A stretch of DNA of 63,611 nt, the filler included, from Reticulomyxa filosa (Eukaryota > Protista > Foraminifera): assembly GCA_000512085.1 (NCBI GenBank). It is 13 parts of 13 records of this genome, joined end to end, with 100 filler letters (N's around TTAATTAATTAA, not from the genome) between each part and the next. Parts side by side here need not be neighbours in the genome. Positions count along the whole stretch, not along the records: positions 22,633 to 29,256 come from ASPP01005242.1; positions 29,357 to 30,746 come from ASPP01010370.1; positions 30,847 to 32,184 come from ASPP01033185.1; positions 32,285 to 35,133 come from ASPP01036474.1; positions 35,234 to 42,138 come from ASPP01047854.1; 8 more parts are not named here. One strand, 5' to 3'. Every line of letters begins with the position of its first letter. Within the stretch, counting starts at the first letter, position 1. The notes under the pieces were generated by a model. It saw only the letters and a program-made list of their open reading frames with translations, ran no database searches and was not told where the DNA came from. Shown here in pieces: positions 25,330 to 35,619 of the stretch. Both the position numbers and the translations under genes were made by a program.

Positions 25330-26735
25330 TGTTGTGGCTGAGCGGGTTGGCCAACTAATTTTTGCCCAGGATCTTCTGGTTTCTGAGCTTCTAGAGAGAT
25401 GCCTTCTAATTATAGGGACCACAATTTTTTCCCACACAAAAAACACTTACGTATACAAATTATGTGTGGTACATTCTTACGTACATATCAAATGTGAGTT
25501 TTTTCTATTGCGAAGATTGATTTTGGTTGTGACAAAAAGGTGATAAAAAAAAGGCATAAGCGTAAAAATATGACCTGGTTGTGATACGATTGACAAAGGT
25601 GAAATGTATAACCTTCTCGACACAAAGATGCAACGTATAATAACAACAACAATAAATAACACGACCAAGGGGTGAATATAGCGTCGGGTAGCGCTATAGG
25701 CTATTAGTAAAATACTTAAGCCAATATCACGAAGTAAAAATTGAACCAACTTTATCCATGAAAATATTGCTAATTTTCCATTTGAATTCGCGATTTCCAA
25801 TTCGACGGCTCGTTCTTTATGTTTTTTTTTTAAAACAAAAAAGGGGTACAAAAAAAGAAAAAGGAAAAAGGAAAAAGGAAAAGAAAAAAAGTATTTTTGT
25901 CAATTATGTAACTTGGATGAAAAAGTCTCAAAGCAAGAAATGCCCATGAATCGCCGATGTGTCGAATGCAGGATGTTTCGAGAGGTTCTGCTTTGGAATC
26001 GCAAAAACAAGAACCTGTTGCACACTCATCATCACACTCGCAGTTACAGCGACCGTGCGCTACTACGGCAAACTGTATGCGAGCGATCATTTAGGAGGTC
26101 ATTTAGTTGCGTCAAAAAAAAAAGATAAACCGCACGTATATTCATTTGTGTAATTGAACAAAAAAAAAACAAAAAAATTGCTATCTAAATGACCTCACAA
26201 ACAGATAAAAAAAGACTACAAACCATAATGAGGCCTTTTATCACTTCAATGACCATCGCCACGGCAAAAGTTATTATGTACACATAAAATAATGTAATTA
26301 AAGCGTCATGCATTGACGATACACAATAACAACTACCAGGTGTACATGTGTCCTGAGGGCAAACTTTTTTGTCCAACAAATAAAATTTGGGATTAATTTG
26401 TAAGCAACAAAAATGATCTTTTTGTCGTTTTTTAAAGACAAAGAATGCATTATTTTTTTTGCTGTTTTTTTTACGTAACGGTTCTTAGAACTACCAAAAG
26501 TTAGCTTGCAGTACTCGTCATTGCTACAGTCACTTGAGTAGATACAAGACAGAGACCCATAAAGTCCTTCACTGGTATTAACTTGACTGTAACTCGTCAA
26601 AAAATGATCTCTACAATAAGCTACTTTAAATTCCCTCCATACGTAAGCGATACTGACCCAAGCAATTGCGGATGCCAGTATTATCACGTCCAAAACAGCA
26701 GTCGTGTACAAATACACAAAACTAGTTTTTATCAT
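25330..26735 (-). CDS. Cys-rich multi-pass membrane protein, tandem paralog B (multi-exon)
   Basis: CFCDSKAEPLETSCIRHIGDSWAF and ERAVELEIANSNGKLAIFSWIKLVQFLLRD match paralog A (ERCVEAEVANETGALAVSSWLKYLQLFFRD). The 3' end is approximate. Confidence 0.65.
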
Positions 26736-27954
26736 TTCTCGTAAACTAACGTTTGACTAAGAAGATTTTGTTTTCAGGGCAAAAGACAAGAATAGCCACA
26801 AGAAAAAACACAATGAGAAAGAAGTTTTTTTGTGTCAAGGCCAGGGCTTAGAAAAAAAGTTGCTCTTACTCATTATGACAATGTACAAAAAAACCTCAAT
26901 AAACAAAAGATGGAATATCTCCAAACTTCTTTATTGTCTATTATGAAAAAAGTTTTTCAGCTTTTTTGCTTCTGGATGATGAGTTAATCACAAATCAACT
27001 GGCCAGAATAGTTGCTGAGTGTAACAGAACTCAGCCCCAAATCGGGCATGATATTTAAAAAAACAAATATTTGGTAATGTTTGAAACAAAAATTTGAGTG
27101 TAGTTGATGGCATTACATGTTTGTAGGACAAAAACAAACAACTTATGCAACATCCCACTAAAAATTGACATTTGCTTGTCATAATGATACACTTTCGCTA
27201 CTGTAATCAGAAAACTTTCACAAACCTACATGTTTCCCGTTTGGTGAAATCTTTTGATAGATTAAACAAAGCATTTTTTTACATTAAACAAAATGTAACC
27301 TTGCACAAGTGTAACACTTGATAAATAGTTCACAAGGTATTAAAGTATTTCCACTTGAAAGCACTCTCCTCGCAAGACGTGCGTCACTGCAGTCGACGTT
27401 GTTTGTAAAACGAAAGAGTTACAGTGTACGTCACGAAAGAAAAACTTTAACTGATTTACAGACCATATAAACAATATCTCTTTGATAAATGAAAATTTGA
27501 GTAACAGGTAATCAACAGTCAACTTCCCACATTGTAGGGAACTGTAAAGGGAAGTTCGCCTGAACTGGTGTATCCCTTCTTCCCAAAAAAATCTCCTTAC
27601 TTCATTATCTATTTCATGTTTGGGTTTTTGTTTATAACTTTATTAATTTTCTTTAAAAGAAGATCTCAAAAATAAATATATTCAAATCAGCGCTTCCTTA
27701 TAACATATTTTCCAAATTAAATTAAAAACCTTGTCTTCAATTTTGGAGTAGCAAGATTTGTATATGAACCTACTATTTGCTGACGCATGCTATCTATATA
27801 TTTATTGGTGTTGGTAACACTGAAAACAATTCTCACAAACGCGATACAGAAATTAGTTATTTTTTTTTGTCAAGTATCAAATACGTTGCCGAAAGCTTGA
27901 ACTAGTAAATTTTTTTAGTAATTCCTTAAAGAATCCATTTGACTCAGAGAAAGG

Positions 27955-29191
27955 ATGACAAAACTTTCTGACGATAGCTACGAGAAATTTAAAGAACGTG
28001 CGAATCACGCAGAAAGCCTCCTGGAAAAGTTGGAAACCGAAATTAAAAAATTGAAAGAAAACAACCGGAGTGAGCCCATTTCGAAAACACTGCAAGGTGA
28101 TCCGACCTTTCCTCCGTGGTATCCTCCTTATCAAATTGGGGAAGAACCAAAAGGCAGCAATGCAATAATGGTGACAAACAGCCTAATTCCATCGCAAAAA
28201 GTCCCCTTTGTGCCACAAAAGGGGAACTTAGGTTTGTAGTCTTTTCATTTGCAACATCACGAGAAATTTCCAAAGAAATTTCCCAAGAAATTGTAATAAA
28301 TTCCAAAAAAAAAAAGTCAAATGGTACACTTGCGGTCCAACTGTGTATGCTCCGTCTCACATGGGACATGCGCGAACCTATATAACATTTGACATAATTC
28401 GAAATATTTTGGAGTTTTACTTTGGTTTCCGTGTGAATTTGGTGATGAACATAACTGACGTGGACGATAAGATTATATTGAAAGCACGTGAAAATTACCT
28501 ATTTGCCGAGTACTCTAGCGAAGTGCAGAAGTGGACACGAGAAAAGGTGGTGAGTGACATTGTCACAGCATTTGAGCTGATTACAAAGAAGCGAAAAGAC
28601 GCATTGACCGTATGTTGTTTTTTTTTTGCATTTAAATTATTTTTGTCATAACTTCAAAAAAAAAAAAAAAGGGACAACAAAACATTTATATATATGTGTA
28701 TATATTTATTTACTTATTTCTGTACAAAAAATAAAAAAGGCATCGGAAGAGGAGTTGAAATCAGCGCAAGAAAAACACAAAAAAGAAATCGAAGAAAATG
28801 TCCTTGGCAACCGGGTGAAATTGGAGAATGTATTGAAGAACAGGCAAGGCTTTGAAAATGCCAAAGACACGGAAGACACAAAGACATTGGTATCGATATC
28901 GCAGCCCGTTTTAGCGGAGTGGCTGGATTCGATCAAAGGCGATACGGTGACGGATCAAAAGATTTTCCGAGCACACGCGGAAGAGTATGAAAAGCAATTC
29001 TTCGAAGACATGAGACAACTACACGTTCGAGATCCGGATGTGTTGACCCGAGTGACCGAGTACATTCCCCAAATCATTCGATTTGTGCAGCAGCTTATCG
29101 ACAATGGCTACGGATATGTGTCCAACCATTCCGTCTATTTCGACATTGACAAATTCCGTGACGATGTTGATTTCCCAAAATTGGACCCAAA
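27955..29191 (+). CDS. CARS1: Cytosolic cysteinyl-tRNA synthetase, 5' part (exons 27955-28231, 28317-28609, 28740-29191)
   Basis: [21 protein letters not shown] (HIGH-like motif), [26 protein letters not shown] and [13 protein letters not shown]; GT-AG introns restore the frame. Confidence 0.95.
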
Positions 29192-29356
29192 GTATGTGTA
29201 TATGTTTTGTTTTGTTTTGTTTTGTTTTGTAAGAGAAGAAAGAGGGGAGAAAGGGANNNNNNNNNNNNNNNNNNNNNNNNNNNNNNNNNNNNNNNNNNNN
29301 TTAATTAATTAANNNNNNNNNNNNNNNNNNNNNNNNNNNNNNNNNNNNNNNNNNNN

Positions 29357-29973
29357 AAGCTCAGCTTGATGGCCACGACCAGGCCGGTGACCGCAATGCT
29401 GGACAGGATGAGGCCGAACACGCGCGTTATGATCTCGATGCCCGGCTTGCCGAGCAGGCGAAACAGGGTTCCGGCGACGGCGTAGACGACGAAGAGCAGG
29501 CAGAGGCAGAGCGCCAGGATCGCCGTGGTCGTGACCTGCTCGCCGAGCGAGCGGACATTGTTGTCGGTCAGCAGCACGACCGTGAGGATCGCGCCGGCGC
29601 CGGCGATGCCGGGAACGGCCAGCGGGAAGACCGCCCGCTGGAACGGCGTCGCATCGGGCGGCACGCTCATGGCTTCCTCGGCCACCTTGCCCAGTGCCAT
29701 CTTGAGGCCGAACAGCAGCAGGATGAGCGATCCCGCAAGCTGGAACGAGGCCATGGGAATGTGGAGTGCCGCCAGCAGCGGCCTTCCGACCACGATGAAG
29801 AAGAGCATGACGAGGAACGCGACGCCCAGCGCGTAGGCCGCAACCAGCAGCGATTGCCGCCGATCGAGGCCGGCCGTGACCATGAGAAAGATGGGCACGG
29901 TGGCGAACGGATCGAGGATCACGAGCAGGGTGACGAATTCGTAGAAGAAGTCGTGGAGAAATGCTTGACCCAA
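29357..29973 (-). CDS. marC: MarC family (UPF0056) inner-membrane protein; last few codons cut off by the contig end
   Basis: FVTLLVILDPFATVPIF, SFQLAGSLILLLFGLKM, AVFPLAVPGIAGAGAILTVVLL and LGKPGIEIITRVFGLILSSIAV are MarC hallmarks. The likely start is TTG at 29973 after an AGGGAAG SD, not the ORF-track start at 30267. Confidence 0.93.
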
Positions 29974-29998
29974 GCGAGGCTTCCCTGATTGTTGCCTC

Positions 29999-30027
29999 AC
30001 AAGAGAGTGCCGGGCCAGGACTGTCAA
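29999..30027 (-). promoter_or_regulatory. Candidate sigma70 promoter for marC
   Basis: Perfect TTGACA on the minus strand at 30022-30027, about 50 nt upstream of the marC start; the -10 element is weak. Confidence 0.3.
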
Positions 30028-30250
30028 CGTAACAGCCCGTCCCGTGATGCGGGCAACCGGCCGGTTCACGCCCCGGGGACGTGGCCGATATTGGCCCCGG
30101 CGCCTTCGGCCGGATCTCGGTGATCCTTGCTGTCGCTCATGCAGCGCCGGCGTGCGATCTGGCCGCCGGCTCATCGACCCTCCGTCACCTCGGACGCAGG
30201 CGGTGCGCACTCGATTGCGGTCCGAGCGGTGCCGTGACAGTATTTTCTCC

Positions 30251-30257
30251 GAGAGGA
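30251..30257 (+). promoter_or_regulatory. Shine-Dalgarno site for the RiPP precursor
   Basis: GAGAGGA ends 8 nt upstream of the ATG at 30266. Confidence 0.75.
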
Positions 30258-30265
30258 ATGGCAGC

Positions 30266-30433
30266 ATGGACGAAAAGTCAGATCATCAGACCAAGCCGGT
30301 AACGGGCAAGCGGGTTTATTCCGCCCCGGTGTTGCAGCGCTTGGGAACGCTGAAGGACCTCACGCGATCCGTAGGCCAGAGGGGCTCCAAAGACGGTGGG
30401 CGCTCCGGCAATCAAAAAAAGACCAGCTGGTAG
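30266..30433 (+). CDS. Lasso-type RiPP precursor peptide (55 aa)
   Basis: MDEKSDHQTKPVTGKRVYSAPVLQRLGTLKDLTR-SVGQRGSKDGGRSGNQKKTSW. YxxPxL at -17/-14/-12, Gly-8, Thr-2, core Ser1 with Asp9; good SD. Confidence 0.85.
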   Translation: MDEKSDHQTKPVTGKRVYSAPVLQRLGTLKDLTRSVGQRGSKDGGRSGNQKKTSW

Positions 30434-30525
30434 GCTTGGCGCTGCGCGATGAGCTTCCGGGCATCTCCAGGTTCCGAGGCCACACGCCGCCGTCTGCAGC
30501 AGGCTGGACTGGCCCGCGAAGGTGC

Positions 30526-30744
30526 CTACTCACCGCGGTCTCGTCGCAGAGCGTCCCTGGCCAGCTTCGATCGCCGGTTTCGGGCCCTGACCTGGGATGA
30601 GACGAACACCGCATCGCATCGTCTTGCGACCGGCCATCCGGCCTGATCGTATACCCTGAACAGGTAGTAGCCGAGGGGATCCAGATAGTCCCGGAAGGAC
30701 TGGAAGGGGACGTGGAGCTTGTTGGTCGCGTTGAGGCCGCATTC
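30526..30744 (-). CDS. FkbM-family SAM methyltransferase, C-terminal 72 aa (5' end off the contig; not in the ORF track)
   Basis: Manual translation ECGLNATNKLHVPFQSFRDYLDPLGYYLFRVYDQAGWPVARRCDAVFVSSQVRARNRRSKLARDALRRDRGE*. The E...F..YL..LGY.LF..Y......D.VF pattern is typical of FkbM C-termini. Confidence 0.65.
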   Translation of the reverse strand, partial: ECGLNATNKLHVPFQSFRDYLDPLGYYLFRVYDQAGWPVARRCDAVFVSSQVRARNRRSKLARDALRRDRGE

Positions 30745-30846
30745 GANNNNNNNNNNNNNNNNNNNNNNNNNNNNNNNNNNNNNNNNNNNNTTAATTAATT
30801 AANNNNNNNNNNNNNNNNNNNNNNNNNNNNNNNNNNNNNNNNNNNN

Positions 30847-32184
30847 CAAAGGATTGTAATGTGTCGAATTCTTGGTGTAATGAACCAGACCGCTTATGAC
30901 AATGTCAATGTAATCTATCAACTTCCTCCTTTCGAATGGCGAATAAATGTATCAGATGGTCAGGTCGATTCAATGGTCATAATCTTGTATTGGCATACAA
31001 GATTTGGAATGAATCGAGACCAAAGATACATTTGAATTAAATCTCATGGACTGGTAAATTGTCAGCATTATCTCGTGGATGTATCCATGCGGCTGAGGCT
31101 GGAGTGCCGATGGCTGAACCAGATTCCCATGCAATTATAAATGTCCCACCAATGCAAATTGCAATGATGCCACAATCTAACAAGTCACCATTTGCAATCT
31201 TCAATGAGCCGACATCAGATGAGATTTTGATATCGCTGGACAATAATTGCATTGTGGTATTTTGCGATGGTAGCACATATCCCAATCCTGGTATTGGAGG
31301 CGCAGGACTTGTAATTCAAGATCCAAACATGCCAAATTGGTTAGAATTGGAATATCCAATTACAGGCATCACAACAACATTGGTTCATAGATCAAGGCAA
31401 TGAGACTTGCATTGGAATATGTTGGTAATCATTACAGATTCCATTGTGCAAGTTCGTGATTAATGCAATATTCAATAAATGGGATTCTGATATCTATAAA
31501 TTGCCAATTATTGATTGTCAGAAGATATTGAAATCATTTAATGAGGATAACGTACCAGAGATCTATTGGATTAAAGGTCATTCTGGTATCCCTGGTAATG
31601 ATAAAGTGGATCTTGTTGCAAATAATGCTCGCAGGAAAGAGTCGCAATTGCAAACAGATTTGAATAACAACACTGATTAGCTACATTCCTGAATAATCAT
31701 GGATTGAATCCCTATTTCACAGAGCAATGGAATAGACATTGGATATGTGAAGGAGTGGATAATACAAGACATGTGATGCCCGATATTTCTTATCTAACCT
31801 GATGGGAGTACAATCATTTGAGAAGATTGTTATGCATTCATTGACATTTAGTGAACGCAGAATCATTTGTCGGTTGATTACTGGTAAAGTTGGATTGAAT
31901 GATTATTTGTATAACATCCAAAAATCAGAGTCTCCTGATTGCATTTGGTGTGAAGAAGAAGAGCATGTCGAAAATTTCTTGATAGAATGTTTGAAATATC
32001 AAGACTTAAGTCGCTATTGGTGGACAAATGTCCAGAAATTGCTTCCAGATATCAATATATTGTCCCTGTCGATGAAATATTCCATCATTGGGGACCGAAC
32101 GTGGAAACCAGACATTAGGATCAAGGTTGTCAAGGCAGCGGCCAAGTTCGTTGTCGATACCAAGAGAAAGATTTGAACAATTTC
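30847..32184 (+). mobile_element. Degenerate non-LTR retrotransposon (LINE) ORF2 3' part: RNase H plus C-terminal Cys/His knuckle
   Basis: VVFCDGSTYPNPGIGGAG and IYWIKGHSGIPGNDKVDLVA (RNase H); LITGKVGLNDYL...CIWC.....VENFLIEC. Frameshifts and stops are present. Confidence 0.88.
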
Positions 32185-32359
32185 NNNNNNNNNNNNNNNN
32201 NNNNNNNNNNNNNNNNNNNNNNNNNNNNTTAATTAATTAANNNNNNNNNNNNNNNNNNNNNNNNNNNNNNNNNNNNNNNNNNNNCTTTTTTTTTTTTTTT
32301 TTTACGTATACACATATATATGTATACATATATGTAATTGAAAAAAAAAAAAACACCTG

Positions 32360-32927
32360 GCAAATAAATCTCAGACTGCTCGTCGGGGGAAGGAATGTTT
32401 GCAAAGACTTGGCGATAGAGAACATCAAACGAACAATGCTTTAGGTTTTGCAATTGAATGGTCAATTGTTTATACGCTTGTGGGAAGATCACTAAGCTAT
32501 TCACTCGGGTGCTTTGTATACGTTCGACTAGCTCTTTTTCTTTTTCACGTTGTTTTTCGGCTTCGGTTTGGAGTGGTATTTGCTTTGCCTCTTTTTTCTC
32601 TTCGCTGCGTTCTTTCATGGGATAGAACACGCTCTGCTTGGTATCTTTGGCAACTGGGAGTCGCAACTCCGTCACTGCGTATCCTTGTCCCTCCGTTTCT
32701 GAGGATAGAGCGCACATGCCGTCGAGTATGCACTCCACTGTTATTGTCTTGGTGGACCACTCTTGTTGCTTCTCGTCAAAGAACTCCACTTTACTGCCTT
32801 CGGTCATTCCCTTCATTGCATCTTGTGCAAAGTCAAACACCAGTCGTTTGTCCAAACACACTCTCTCGTCTTGCCAATTCCTTAACCATACATGTTCGTC
32901 GTCGTCTTCTATCTCTTCCACTCGAGC

Positions 32928-32962
<35 letters not shown>

Positions 32963-33636
32963 TGTGTGCATGCATGTGCGTGTGTATGTATGTTCTTCCA
33001 TATGCCTCTATATTTCTTTTTCGTTTTGTTCACTCTAAAAAAAAAAAAAAAAATTTTTTTTGGTTTTCCGATATTTTAACAAAGTCCAAAATATATCCCT
33101 CCTTTCTTGCTCAGACAACAAACCTGGCCAGAAATGATGTCGCCCGCGTTGTTCAGGTGGCTCCAAAATTGTTGTATTGTCTTGCAGCACTTTTTCCAAC
33201 TCCAATTTAAAGTCTTTTGGATACATTACTAGTTTACCTTCTTTCAGCCAGTCCTTGTTTGTTTTTTTTTCATGTTCAATTTTTTTTTTTTTTTTTTTTT
33301 TAATATTATCACCAATGATCAAATCACTACGCAAAAAACAAACATACACTGAGGTTGTACTATTACCATTGGCAGAGACTTCACTTTTGGGGATGTTGTC
33401 TTTCTCGCACTTAATCCTAATTGTATTGCCTTCCAACCTTTGATCAAATTTTCACATACCATGTCACTCAACTCAAATGCTTCGCATAGGTTTCGGATAT
33501 CTCTTTCGCTACTTTCTGCTATAGCTGAGAGAGTAATGCTGTTGGACTCAAGTAACTCATGAACTTTTTCATCATCAATATTCCAATTAAGCAACCATTG
33601 TTTCAACCCAATGTCTGGAATTTCTAGCTTCGACAT
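32360..33636 (-). CDS. Protein with an N-terminal SAM-like domain and possible Tudor/Agenet-like beta domains (multi-exon, truncated)
   Basis: LKQWLLNWNIDDEKVHELLESNSITLSAIAESSERDIRNLC is SAM-like; EGSKVEFFDEKQQEW is Tudor-like (inference). Confidence 0.5.
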
Positions 33637-33930
33637 TCTTTTACGTGCAGCGTTTGCGACAGGGAAAAAGAAATTATCTCCCTCAAAGCTCAGTTTTTTA
33701 CAGGTCAGTTTGATTTTTTAAAAATGTTTTACAGGCTTTTGCTTAGACACAAAACCAAAATGAGAACGGAAGAGTTTTGAAATTAGAAAATAATTATTCT
33801 TTCTTGTATTAACATCTTTAGCAAGTTTATATGAAGATTTCGAGTATATCAAATTCTACAAACAAGCATTTTTTTTTTTTTTTTTGTAAGGGGGGCTGAA
33901 AATTTATTAAAAAAAGACTAGAGAATAATC

Positions 33931-35102
33931 ATGACGACAAAGAAATCCAAAGTCTCGCGAGAATTGCACATAGCTTGGTTAGGAAATTCGTTTCCAGTGA
34001 CGTATCACTTCAGTAACAGTTGGAAGCATGTGTTCAAGCGAATAACAACGTCGGAGCAAAAAGAAGACAATATGGCAGTAGTAACAGCCATAGAATATGC
34101 CGCATTTCCAATGTATGAAACAGACAAAGAGGTGAAAAGCAACGGAATTGAAATGGAAGAATATAAGGTCCAACTTTGGGAGATAACAGAGATGGGATAT
34201 GAAGCATTGACACAACGAATGTTCAGTGAACAAGAGAAATTCGATTTCATGATGATCGGCATTGAATGTCCAGCCAATGCCACTGAGATGGAAATCTGCG
34301 TGGAAGGTATTATTCAAAAGCTGTTGCAGATTGCTGTGTGTATGTACGACACAATGACTGGAGCAAATCGATTGGAAGAATACTTGAGCGACATCCAACA
34401 ATTGTTTGATCAAAAAATACTCATTGTAATCAATTTGGAAGAAAAGGACCACCTCGATCAAGCCCACGTGTTGAGAGAATGTTCCGTGACTACACTCCCC
34501 ATATATGACTATGCGTACATTGTGCGAAATTGCGTGCACACGCGCAGCGCATGTTGTGCACGTGCATATGTACATATATATGTATGGCAATCAAATGTTT
34601 ATATATATATATTATTTTTTTTTTTTTTAAAAAAAAACAAAAAAATACAAAACAAATAAAATCAGTGAATGTCAAATTGCAGGCAAAATTGGGACAATTT
34701 AATGATAATGAAACGTTCAAAAGTGATGGGAAAGTAATTTTTAAGTTGAGTTGTATAATGTTTTTGTATATATTTTGCCAGCTGTGAGGGGGACTACAAT
34801 ATTGAATATGCTTTGTGAGTGTAGAAATTATGAGTTTACGTACACGTGGTTAAACTTCCTAAGTACCACAGACAACGGATATTGGCAGTATTGTTTATTG
34901 AAGAATATGGTGGATCGATTAAAACAATTTTGCAGTAACATCGACACACTGATAACACTTTGTTGTGTTTGTAAATTATTGGCAGAAAACGGAGCCACTG
35001 ACAAATACTTGAAACTATATTACACGATGTTACCAGACCAAAGTGAATTTGATGAATTGAAAGTGCAACTTGACTGTTTAGATTCTGTTTTGTTTAAACA
35101 TG
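33931..35102 (+). CDS. Unknown protein with a degenerate small-GTPase-like N-terminal fold (multi-exon, truncated)
   Basis: Long ORF. LHIAWLG, YKVQLWEI and KILIVINL occupy G1/G3/G4-strand-like positions but lack GxxxxGK, DxxG and NKxD. Confidence 0.45.
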
Positions 35103-35619
35103 GTCTTTTTTTTTTTATCTCATTTTGTTGTTTNNNNNNNNNNNNNNNNNNNNNNNNNNNNNNNNNNNNNNNNNNNNTTAATTAATTAANNNNNNNNNNN
35201 NNNNNNNNNNNNNNNNNNNNNNNNNNNNNNNNNCAAACACTTATTTTTTTTGTTTTACAAAACTCTTTTATTTTTTTGAAAGCTATAACCTTTTAAAAAA
35301 AATCTTAGTTAAAACTTTACTCTACTCTTCTAAGAAAAAAAGATGATGATATTTTTTTGTATTGTGATTGACACCTTTTTTTCTAATAGTGATATATTTT
35401 TGTAAGTGTGTCCGAGATAATGTAGTTATAAATCTCTATTATTTCAAGCAGAAGTAATAATGTAAAAGAGTTAAAATGTTAGTCATCTGGGATAAAATTT
35501 CGATATATAATTGATTGTTGTCACTCTGTTTTAAATTTTACTTGCAGAAATTCGGAATATTGCAAAAAATAAGATACGAACTTTTCTTTTAAAAGGATTT
35601 TAATTAAAGTTTTTACAAA

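Larger units (their letters stand above)
29357..30746. other. GC-rich bacterial contig (co-assembled bacterium or contaminant)
   Basis: Abrupt GC-rich composition (roughly two-thirds GC by eye), GC3-rich codons, Shine-Dalgarno sites, no introns, bounded by linkers. Confidence 0.93.

Noticed and set aside
29974-30267. 98-aa N-terminal extension of MarC in the 320-aa ORF call
   Set aside because: Arg/Pro-rich read-through of a GC-rich intergenic region; MarC homology and an SD point to TTG at 29973.
30449-30646. 65-aa + strand ORF right after the precursor, a candidate second precursor or B1 protein
   Set aside because: No leader motif or PqqD-like features, no clear SD, and it overlaps the better-supported FkbM frame on the opposite strand.
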